This document shows, piece after piece, positions 22,381 through 30,414 of a DNA stretch of 45,408 nt (position 1 is the stretch's first letter; every line of letters begins with the position of its first letter). The stretch lies in assembly GCA_043758435.1 (NCBI GenBank), contig JAYVNN010000110.1, positions 1 through 45,408 of the forward strand, in the 5' to 3' direction. Source of the DNA: Chthoniobacter sp. GTDB lineage: Bacteria; Verrucomicrobiota; Verrucomicrobiia; Chthoniobacterales; Chthoniobacteraceae. Both the position numbers and the translations under genes were made by a program. The notes under the pieces are model-generated. The model did not search any database. It was not told the origin of the DNA and saw only the letters and a program-made list of their open reading frames with translations.

Positions 22381-22707
22381 ATGGCCTCAGCTCCACAGTC
22401 CCACCACGGCATCCTCGCTCTCGAAGGCGAAGTCGATCTGCATCGCGCGCCGGAGATTCGCGCCGCGCTCGCGCCGCTCCTCGCGGAAAAGGTGCCGCGC
22501 CTGCTCATCGACCTGACGAACGTCCGCTACATCGACAGCTCCGGCCTCGCCGTTTTCATCGAGACGCTCCAGCGCGTCATGGCCTACGGCGGCACGTTCG
22601 GGCTTTTCGGTTTGAGCGAAAGTGTGCGCGCGATTTTCCACATCGCCTGCCTCGACCAGGTCTTCCGCATTTTCCCCGACGAAGCCACCGCCGCGGCGGC
22701 GCCGTAA
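22381..22707 (+). CDS. STAS-domain anti-sigma factor antagonist
   Basis: LEGEVDL..AP, LIDL..V.YIDSSGL (phospho-acceptor Ser), LDQVF.I. Confidence 0.92.
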   Translation: MASAPQSHHGILALEGEVDLHRAPEIRAALAPLLAEKVPRLLIDLTNVRYIDSSGLAVFIETLQRVMAYGGTFGLFGLSESVRAIFHIACLDQVFRIFPDEATAAAAP

Positions 22708-22816
22708 AACGCGCGCGGCATCATGGCAAAACAGCGCGTCCTCCTCCTCTCCGCCAGCGCAAGTCGTCCGCACGCTGCTCGACGAGCAACTGCCTCCGCG
22801 CTGAGAGACTCGGCGC

Positions 22817-22920
22817 AGTCGGGTAGGGACGGCACTCCGTGCTGTCCGCGAACGGGAACCCACGCCCGCCGCCTCGCTACGCTCGCCCCGGACGGCACGG
22901 AGTGCCGTCCCTACCCGGCT
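22817..22920. repeat. GTAG-type REP doublet in inverted orientation (REPIN-like), family B
   Basis: agtcggGTAGggacggcactccgtgctgtccg (22817-22848) and its near-perfect reverse complement (22889-22920). Each unit is GTAG plus an internal hairpin. Lies between convergent genes. Confidence 0.8.
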
Positions 22921-22954
22921 GCGCCGATTTTTTCCCACCGCATCTGCGGGCTGC

Positions 22955-23893
22955 TCACGCCAGCGCGTCGCGGCAGAACTTGATGGCGAGGGCGAGTTCC
23001 GTCATGCGGTCCGAACCGGCGGGGACTTTGTACTCAAACTCGATCGTGCCCTGGATGTTCCACTTGCTGTCGCGCATCAGGCGCAGCACTTCGGCGAGCG
23101 GCGTGTCACCTTCGCCGAAGGGCGTGTTCGGGCCGTTGTTGAACTTCCGGTCCTTCAAATGCACATGCGTGACGCGCTCGTGGTACTGCTTGAGAAAAGG
23201 CACCGGCGAGGTGTTGTTGCCCGCGACGAAATGCCCGAGGTCCACATTCGCGCCGTTGAATTTCGCGAGGGCAAACGCGGCTTCCCAATGCTCGGGCTTG
23301 GTGGTGGCGTGGCCGTGGTAGCCGACCCAGAACTGGTGCTTGTCGGCGAACTGTCCGAGGCGCTTGAGTTCCGTTTCCGAGTGCGAGATTTCCGTGGAGA
23401 TGGCGCGGCCGCCGAGCGCCTTGGCGAGCGCAAAGGCGTAGTCAATCTCCGCGTCTTCCATCCCGAAAATCCCGTCCACTTTCACGATCTCGATGAGCAC
23501 GCCCGCGGTCTCGTACTTGGCGCGGAATTCCTTCACGCGCTCCAGCGACACGGTCTTGCGCCACTCGCGGAGCTGCCCGGCGTTTTCCGACTTGGTCTTG
23601 GCGGGATCGAACGCGGGGATGCCGAGAAAGGCCTCGACGGGCTGCGTGCGCAGCTCCACTCCGCTGATGCCGAGCTGCACGCAATTCTTGAGGATGTCGT
23701 CGCCGCTCATCGTCGCGTTGGCAAAGCTGTAGGGCACGTTCAGGCCGATCTGCACGCCGGCCACTTTCGAATTCGGCCGGGCCGCGACATCCGCGGCGCT
23801 GAGCCGGCGCGCAGCGGCGAGGAGGCCGACTCCGGGGAGTGCGCCGAGGGCGAGTTTCGCGAATTCGCGGCGGGTGGGTGAGGACAGGTTCAT
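22955..23893 (-). CDS. Tat-exported sugar-phosphate isomerase/epimerase (xylose-isomerase-like TIM barrel)
   Basis: Twin-arginine TRREFAKL, GISGVEL, YHGH, DLGHF, HVHLKD, FGEGDTP, IEFEY. Confidence 0.88.
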   Translation of the reverse strand: MNLSSPTRREFAKLALGALPGVGLLAAARRLSAADVAARPNSKVAGVQIGLNVPYSFANATMSGDDILKNCVQLGISGVELRTQPVEAFLGIPAFDPAKTKSENAGQLREWRKTVSLERVKEFRAKYETAGVLIEIVKVDGIFGMEDAEIDYAFALAKALGGRAISTEISHSETELKRLGQFADKHQFWVGYHGHATTKPEHWEAAFALAKFNGANVDLGHFVAGNNTSPVPFLKQYHERVTHVHLKDRKFNNGPNTPFGEGDTPLAEVLRLMRDSKWNIQGTIEFEYKVPAGSDRMTELALAIKFCRDALA

Positions 23894-24128
23894 AGGGTCG
23901 GGGTGGGGTTTGTGAAAATGCGGGGCAGCACCACGCAGGGTGCCCGCATCCTCCGTCGCGGGGCGAGCGGAAAGCGGCGCGAAGGACGCGGAGGCTGACG
24001 CAAATCTGTTCTGCATCTGCATCAGCGTTCGGCGGCTTCTGAGGGCGAAACCGTAGTGTCAAAGAAAAGCGCGATTTGATCCGATCTACCTTGGCGCGGG
24101 CGGCGATTAACGTGCTAAAACGTGATCC

Positions 24129-24920
24129 ATGACGCCACCTCTCGAAAGATTTTCTGCGGGCGGAGGATTGCGCTGCAAGATCAGCGTGATCGTGCCGGTC
24201 TGGCGCGAGCATGAGGCGCTCGGTCCGCTACTTTCGATTTTGCACAATTCAGGAGAAGCAGCGGAAGTCATCTTGGCCTTCGCCGAAATAGATTCTGCGG
24301 CGTTGCGGATGGCGGCGGATATGGGCGTGAAATCGGTGCATGCGGGCGAAGCCAATCGCGGTCGGCAACTCGACCTGGGAGCTGCGCAGGCGACGGGCGA
24401 CTGGCTGCTTTTTCAGCATGCCGATACGGCGATCACTCCCGAGCATCTGCGGGCGCTGGCGGCGCTAGGTGACGAATCCGGGGTGATCGGCGGGGCCTTC
24501 TACCGGCGGTTCGATGAGCGGCATCCGCGCCTGCGCTGCTTTGAGGCGGTGGAGCGCTGGCACAACCGCACCTTCGGCGCGCTCTACGGCGATCAGTCCA
24601 TCTTCGTGCGCCGCGAGGTCTTTGCGGAGTTGGGTGGGTTTCGCGGTTTGCCGCTGATGGAGGATGTCGATTTTTCGCTCCGCCTGCGGCGGGCGGGAAA
24701 GATCCGCCTGCTCGATCCGCCCATCGCCTCGTCGCCGCGCAAGCACCTCGCGCAAGGCCCGTGGCGCACCACTTTCGCGAACGCCTGCCTGCTGCTGCTC
24801 TACCATCTCGGCGTCCCTCCGCGGCGCCTGCACGCGCTTTACTATCGCCGCGGCGCATCCAGTCTGGCTGATCAAACGGACTACCGTGATCGTCCGGCGG
24901 AAATCGCGCGGGAAACCTGA
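24129..24920 (+). CDS. GT2 glycosyltransferase, TIGR04283-like (arsenosugar/rSAM-associated transferase 2), copy 1
   Basis: ISVIVP, RGRQLDLGA..A.GDWLLF.HADT, YGDQSIFVRR..F..LGGF..LPLMED, SSPRK. Confidence 0.88.
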   Translation: MTPPLERFSAGGGLRCKISVIVPVWREHEALGPLLSILHNSGEAAEVILAFAEIDSAALRMAADMGVKSVHAGEANRGRQLDLGAAQATGDWLLFQHADTAITPEHLRALAALGDESGVIGGAFYRRFDERHPRLRCFEAVERWHNRTFGALYGDQSIFVRREVFAELGGFRGLPLMEDVDFSLRLRRAGKIRLLDPPIASSPRKHLAQGPWRTTFANACLLLLYHLGVPPRRLHALYYRRGASSLADQTDYRDRPAEIARET

Positions 24921-24984
24921 TGCGGCCACCCTATCGAATCCCCTGCCCTTGCCCGAAGATGCGCCGCGAATAATCCTGCAACCG

Positions 24985-26457
24985 ATGCCAACTCCATCCG
25001 TTCCTTCCAGAAAATGGCCGACCCGCTGGGAGGCATTCCGGCATCCGGTGAACCGCGAAAAGGCCGGCATGCTGCGCGAGCGCTGGGCTGCCCTGCCGGA
25101 GGAATTGCGGACCGCGAATCAAATTTCCGGCCGCCATCTCACGCATTGCGGCTTCACCCTCGGCGCGAGCTTTTGCTCCTTCCACTGCACGCACTGCTAT
25201 CTGCCGAAGAACGCCAACGACGTGCCGCTGCCTTCACTCGCCGACATGAAAGAGCAGATCGACGCGAACCGCCGGCTGCAAGGTCCCGGCGGCGGTCTGC
25301 AGCTCACGGGCGGCGATGTCGCCGATGCTTACTGGCGCACCGGGCGGCAGGATGAGCTGGTTGAGATCGTGCAATACGCCTACGCCGCCGGGCTCGTGCC
25401 GATGCTCATGACGCATGGCCAGACCTTGATCGAGCACCCGGAGTTTCTCGAACGGCTCGTCGTCGAAGGCGGCCTGCGCCAGGTGGCGGTGCATATCGAC
25501 ATGACCCAGGCCGGGCGGCACGGCTTTCCCATCGGGCGGATCAAGAGCGAGGCCGATCTGCATCCGGTGCGGGCCGCTTTCACCGAACTCGGCTGGCGCA
25601 TTCGGGAAAAGACCGGCGTCGCGCTGGAATTCGCGCACAACTGTACGGTCACGCGCAAAAACATCGACGGCGTCGCGGAAATCATCCGCTGGTTCCTCGC
25701 CGACCCGAAGCGCACGCAGCTTTGGCGGATGCTCAGCTTCCAGCCGGAGGCGGATACCGGCCGCACGATCTTCTCCCAGGAGCCCATCACCCCCGCGCTG
25801 ACGTGGGAGAAAATCTGCGCAGGCGTGGGGCTGCCGCTGCGCCGCGACGTGAGCATCTTCGGCCACCCCGATTGCAATAGCTGGGCCTCACTGCTCGTCG
25901 CGCATCCCTCGGGCGACATCTATCCGGTACTGCCCGACGACCCGAAATGGGATCGCATTCTCGGCCGCGTGCTGGAGCGCATCGGCGGCATCTCGCTGGT
26001 CAATGACGACGCCGGCACCCCGCCATGGCGCCTGGCCGGGGCGCTCGTACAGAACCCCATCCTCGCGCTGCGGCTGTTCAGCTACCTGGCCGGTTTCGTT
26101 TTATCCGGGCGGATGCCGCGCGCCGTTTTCCGCGCCTTGCTCAAAGGGCAGGTCCACACCGTCGGCGTGGGCATGCACAACTTCATGGACGCCGCCCAGG
26201 TCGCCCGCGCGCCGGAGGATGCGTGCGTGCGGGCGCGGCTCGATTCGTGCGTTTTCAAAGGCGCGGTCAAACAGGACGGCGAGTGGGTGGGCGTGCCGAT
26301 GTGCGAGATGAACCACGCCCGCTGGAGCAAGGTCTATGACGAGCGCCTGGCCGACCCCGCCTTGCGTGCCGAATCGCAAATTACCGCGCACGGAATAACT
26401 TCCCCCGCCGCACCCTCCTACGCCGCCGAACCCCTCACACCCTTTTCCACCACATGA
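24985..26457 (+). CDS. Radical SAM protein of unknown function
   Basis: CSFHCTHC (CxxxCxxC), LQLTGGD, MTHG. Additional Cys in HPDC, DSC and PMC. Coupled (ATGA) to the methyltransferase gene. Confidence 0.88.
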   Translation: MPTPSVPSRKWPTRWEAFRHPVNREKAGMLRERWAALPEELRTANQISGRHLTHCGFTLGASFCSFHCTHCYLPKNANDVPLPSLADMKEQIDANRRLQGPGGGLQLTGGDVADAYWRTGRQDELVEIVQYAYAAGLVPMLMTHGQTLIEHPEFLERLVVEGGLRQVAVHIDMTQAGRHGFPIGRIKSEADLHPVRAAFTELGWRIREKTGVALEFAHNCTVTRKNIDGVAEIIRWFLADPKRTQLWRMLSFQPEADTGRTIFSQEPITPALTWEKICAGVGLPLRRDVSIFGHPDCNSWASLLVAHPSGDIYPVLPDDPKWDRILGRVLERIGGISLVNDDAGTPPWRLAGALVQNPILALRLFSYLAGFVLSGRMPRAVFRALLKGQVHTVGVGMHNFMDAAQVARAPEDACVRARLDSCVFKGAVKQDGEWVGVPMCEMNHARWSKVYDERLADPALRAESQITAHGITSPAAPSYAAEPLTPFSTT

Positions 26458-27620
26458 ACTCATCCGCAAAACCCATCGAAACCGCCGTCAAAGAACGCTA
26501 CGCCGCCGGCGCCCAGGCGCAGGAAGCCGCGCTGTGCTGCCCGGTCGATTACGATCCGCAATATCTCAAAGTCATCCCGCAGGAAGTCATCGAGCGCGAC
26601 TACGGCTGCGGCGATCCCAGCCGCCATGTGCGGCGCGGCGAGACGGTGCTCGATCTCGGCAGCGGGACGGGAAAAATCTGCTTCATCGCCTCGCAGGTCG
26701 TCGGCCCGGAGGGCCGCGTCATCGGCGTGGACATGACCGACGCGATGCTCGAAGTCGCGCGGCGCAATGCGCCCATCGTCGCCGAGCGCATTGGCCACGC
26801 GAACGTCGAATTTCGCAAAGGCCGCATTCAGGATCTCGCCCTCGATTTGGAGAAGCTCGACGAAGCCTTGCGCGAGCGCCCCATCGCCAGCGCCGACGCC
26901 TTTCTCGCCGCGGAAAATCTCGCGCAGGAACTCCGCGTCAAGCATCCGCTCGTCGCCACCGAGTCCGTCGATGTGGTCGTCTCGAATTGCGTGCTCAACC
27001 TCGTCGAACCGCGCGCCAAGCGGCTGCTCTTCGAGGAAATCTTCCGCGTGCTCCGGCTCGGCGGACGCGCCGTGATCTCCGACATCGTGGCCGACGAAGA
27101 AGTGCCCGAGGAAATGCAGAACGACGCGGAACTTTGGTCCGGCTGCATCTCCGGCGCGCTGACGGAAACCGATTTTCTCGAAGCGTTCGAGGCCGCGGGA
27201 TTCTACGGGATGCAGATTTTGAAACGCGACGAACAACCGTGGCGCACGGTCGGCGGGATCGAATTTCGGTCTGTCACGGTCGAGGCGTGGAAGGGAAAAC
27301 AGGGCCCGTGTTTCGAGCGGAATCAGGCGGTCGTTTACAAGGGCCCGTTCAAGGCGGTGCTCGATGACGACGACCATCACATCACGCGCGGCGAGCGCCA
27401 CGCGGTTTGCGACAAGACCTTTCAGCTCTACAAAAAAGCGCCATATCGCGAGCACTTCGAGTTCATCGAACCGCTCACGCCCGTGCCCGCCGATGAAGCC
27501 CGGCCCTTCGATTGCGACCGCGCGTCCGTGCGCCATCCGCGCGAATCCAAAGGCCAGGAATACGATGCGACCAGCGCCGAGGCGTCGTGCTGCGGCTCCG
27601 ATGGCGGCGCGTGCTGCTGA
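26454..27620 (+). CDS. arsM: Arsenite S-adenosylmethionine methyltransferase (ArsM/AS3MT-like) with C-terminal extension
   Basis: LCCP, DYGCGDP, VLDLGSGTG, VIGVDMT, SNCVLNL, WSGCISGA (the four ArsM-type Cys positions). Ends SCCGSDGGACC. Confidence 0.8.
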   Translation: MNSSAKPIETAVKERYAAGAQAQEAALCCPVDYDPQYLKVIPQEVIERDYGCGDPSRHVRRGETVLDLGSGTGKICFIASQVVGPEGRVIGVDMTDAMLEVARRNAPIVAERIGHANVEFRKGRIQDLALDLEKLDEALRERPIASADAFLAAENLAQELRVKHPLVATESVDVVVSNCVLNLVEPRAKRLLFEEIFRVLRLGGRAVISDIVADEEVPEEMQNDAELWSGCISGALTETDFLEAFEAAGFYGMQILKRDEQPWRTVGGIEFRSVTVEAWKGKQGPCFERNQAVVYKGPFKAVLDDDDHHITRGERHAVCDKTFQLYKKAPYREHFEFIEPLTPVPADEARPFDCDRASVRHPRESKGQEYDATSAEASCCGSDGGACC

Positions 27621-27635
27621 GAAAAAATCCGCGCC

Positions 27636-28754
27636 ATGCTCCTGCTTGCCCTGCTTCTCGCCACCGGCTTCCTCGCCTATTCGAATGGCGCCAACGACAA
27701 TTTCAAAGGCGTCGCCTCGCTCTTCGGCTGCCGCGCCGCGAGCTATCGCACGGCCATCTGGTGGGCGACGGCGACCACTTTCGCCGGCTCGATCACCGCG
27801 ATTTTTTTCGCGCAGTCGCTGCTCAAGAAATTCTCCGGCAAAGGTCTCGTGCCCGACGCCATCGCCGGCTCCGAGCCGTTCCTGCTCGCGGTCGCGCTCG
27901 GCGCGGGCCTCACGGTGATCCTCGCCACGCTCCGCGGCTTTCCCATTTCGACCACCCACGGCCTCACCGGCGCGATCGTCGGCAGCGGCGTGGTCGCGGT
28001 GGGCAGCGGGGTCAACTTTTCTGCGCTGGGCAAAGGCTTCGTCCTGCCGCTGCTGCTCGGTCCGGTGCTCGCGGTCGCGCTCGGGGCGCTGCTTTATTTT
28101 CTGCTCCGCATGCTGCGGCTCGGCTGTGGGATTCGGAAAGAAATGTGCATTTGCGTCGGCACCGAGGAGCGCGTGATCGCCGTGCCGCAGCCGGGCTCGA
28201 TCCTGGCGCTGCGCGCCGTCGCGCCCGCGCTCACGCTCACCATCGACGAGCAGGAGAACTGCCGGGAGCGCTACGCCGGGACGTTCCTCGGCGTGGGCAG
28301 CCAGCAGGTCATGGACGCGGCGCATTTTCTCAGCGCCGGCGTGGTGAGCTTTGCGCGCGGGCTCAATGACACGCCGAAAATCGTGGCCATGCTGCTGCTG
28401 TGGAAGGCGCTCGACATCCGCTGGGGCTTCGCCGCCGTCGGGCTCGCGATGGCCGCCGGCGGGCTGCTCCAGGCACGACGCGTGGCCGAGACCATGAGCC
28501 AGAAAATCACGGCGATGAACCACGGGCAGGGCTTCTCCGCCAACCTCGCCACCGGCATCCTCGTCATCCTCGCGAGCAAGTTTGGCCTGCCCGTCTCGAC
28601 CACGCATGTGTCCGTCGGCGCGCTCTCCGGCATCGGCCTCGCCACCGGCCAGGCCAACTCGCGCGTGATGCTCGGCATCGCTCTCTCCTGGCTCGTCACG
28701 CTGCCGTGCGCCGCCGTGATCGCGGGCACGGCCTACTGGTTTTTGCAACGATGA
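27636..28754 (+). CDS. Inorganic phosphate transporter, PiT family
   Basis: NGANDN, PISTTH, GLNDTPK, LPVSTTH duplicated PiT signatures. Many transmembrane segments. Confidence 0.92.
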   Translation: MLLLALLLATGFLAYSNGANDNFKGVASLFGCRAASYRTAIWWATATTFAGSITAIFFAQSLLKKFSGKGLVPDAIAGSEPFLLAVALGAGLTVILATLRGFPISTTHGLTGAIVGSGVVAVGSGVNFSALGKGFVLPLLLGPVLAVALGALLYFLLRMLRLGCGIRKEMCICVGTEERVIAVPQPGSILALRAVAPALTLTIDEQENCRERYAGTFLGVGSQQVMDAAHFLSAGVVSFARGLNDTPKIVAMLLLWKALDIRWGFAAVGLAMAAGGLLQARRVAETMSQKITAMNHGQGFSANLATGILVILASKFGLPVSTTHVSVGALSGIGLATGQANSRVMLGIALSWLVTLPCAAVIAGTAYWFLQR

Positions 28755-29707
28755 ATCGTTTCGACACCACGCTGTCCGGTCACCGGCTCGCCTTGCGGCG
28801 CGCGCGCCCGGAGATTTTGCAGCTCAATGTCGGCAAGCTCTGCAACCTCACCTGCACGCACTGCCATGTGAGCGCCGGGCCGAAGCGCAAGGAAGTCATC
28901 ACCCGCGCCACGCTCGACCGCGTGCTCGACTGGTTCGCCGCGACCGACCTCCCCACGCTCGACCTCACCGGCGGTGCGCCCGAGATGATCCCGGATTTTC
29001 GCGAAGCCATCCTGCGCGTGCGCGCGATGACGCCGCGCCGCCGGATCATTGACCGCTGCAATCTCACCATCCTGCTCGAACCCGGCTTCGACGGGCTCGC
29101 AGAATTTCTCGCGGAAAACGAAGTGGAGATCGTCGCCTCGATGCCGTGCTACTCGCCGGAAAACGTGAACGCGCAGCGCGGCGAAGGCGTGTTCGACGCG
29201 AGCATCGCCGCGCTGCAACTGCTCAACCGCCTCGGCTACGGCACGCGCATGGAGCTGCCGCTGCACCTCGTCTATAATCCCAACGGCGCGAACCTGCCCG
29301 GCCCGCAGGCCGAACTCGAAGTCGACTACAAACGCGAACTCGCCGACCACTTCGGCATCGTCTTCAACCAGCTCTACACGATCACGAACCTGCCCATCGC
29401 CCGCTTCGCGAGCTGGCTGCGGCACGAGGGAAAATACGAGGAGTATTTGGAAACGCTCGTCGCCGCCTTCAACCCCGTGACCGTCGAGGGGCTGATGTGC
29501 CGCAACACCATCAACGTGAGCTGGGAAGGCGAGGCGCACGACTGCGATTTCAACCAAATGCTCAAGCTGCCCTTCGCGTCGAATGGCCGCAGATACGTCT
29601 GGGAGCTTGATCCGCAGGCGCTCGCCGGTTTGGAAATCGCCACAGGAAATCACTGCTTCGGCTGCACCGCCGGAGCCGGCTCGAGCTGCGGAGGCGCGCT
29701 GACGTGA
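28751..29707 (+). CDS. arsS: Arsenosugar biosynthesis radical SAM protein ArsS (TIGR04167/DUF3641 type), Cys form
   Basis: LQLNVGKLCNLTCTHCHV.AGP.R.E, DLTGGAPE, ASMPCY, QRG.GVF, LMCR, DCDFNQML, HCFGCTAGAGSSCGG. Confidence 0.93.
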   Translation: MNRFDTTLSGHRLALRRARPEILQLNVGKLCNLTCTHCHVSAGPKRKEVITRATLDRVLDWFAATDLPTLDLTGGAPEMIPDFREAILRVRAMTPRRRIIDRCNLTILLEPGFDGLAEFLAENEVEIVASMPCYSPENVNAQRGEGVFDASIAALQLLNRLGYGTRMELPLHLVYNPNGANLPGPQAELEVDYKRELADHFGIVFNQLYTITNLPIARFASWLRHEGKYEEYLETLVAAFNPVTVEGLMCRNTINVSWEGEAHDCDFNQMLKLPFASNGRRYVWELDPQALAGLEIATGNHCFGCTAGAGSSCGGALT

Positions 29708-30414
29708 CGATCTCCGTCGTCATTCCCGCGTTCAACGAGGCCGCCGAATTGCCCGGTACGCTAGCCGCGCTGCGGGCGCAGCACCTATCGCACGACGTGG
29801 TCGTCGTCGATGCGGGGAGCACCGACTCCACTGCCACCATCGCGCACGAGGCGGGCGCAAGGATCGTCGCGAGTCCACGAAAACAGCGGGCCGCGCAGAT
29901 GAATCTTGGCGCTTCAGAGGCGTGCGGCGACGCACTGCTTTTTCTTCACGCCGATACCCGCCTCGCACCCGGCGCGCTGCGACGAATCGAATCGGCGTTA
30001 CGCCAGCCGGAGGTCGTTGGTGGTGGATTCGCACGCCGTTACCAATCGCCGTCGTTTTTCCTCCGCGCCACCTGCGCGCTCGCCGAGGCGCGCACGCGGC
30101 TCTGCGGCTGGTTCCTCGGCGACCAGGGGATCTTCGTCCGCCGCTCGGCGTTCGACGATCTCGGCGGGTTTCGCGAGTGGGATGTTTTTGAAGACCTCGA
30201 TTTCTCCCGCCGCCTTGCGCGCACGGGCCGCGTGGTCACGCTGCGCCCGCCAGTCGTTTCCGCCGCGCGCCGCTTCACCGCCCGCGGCGCGGTGCGCACG
30301 ACCTCGCACGACCTCGCGCTGACCGCGCGCTATCTCACGGGACGGCTGCCGCATGCGCGACCGGCAGAAAGTCTCCGTGACGCACCGGCGGGCAGCCTTT
30401 GCTCCGAGCCATGA
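29704..30414 (+). CDS. GT2 glycosyltransferase, TIGR04283-like, copy 2
   Basis: ISVVIPAFNE, VVDAGSTD, RAAQMNLGA, LLFLHADT, GDQGIFVRR, FEDLDFSRRL, SAARR. Confidence 0.9.
   Translation: MTISVVIPAFNEAAELPGTLAALRAQHLSHDVVVVDAGSTDSTATIAHEAGARIVASPRKQRAAQMNLGASEACGDALLFLHADTRLAPGALRRIESALRQPEVVGGGFARRYQSPSFFLRATCALAEARTRLCGWFLGDQGIFVRRSAFDDLGGFREWDVFEDLDFSRRLARTGRVVTLRPPVVSAARRFTARGAVRTTSHDLALTARYLTGRLPHARPAESLRDAPAGSLCSEP

Noticed and set aside
29680-29707. Selenocysteine in the ArsS C-terminal SS(U/C)GG motif
   Set aside because: The codon is TGC (Cys). The TGA at 29705-29707 follows the complete motif and overlaps the next start codon.
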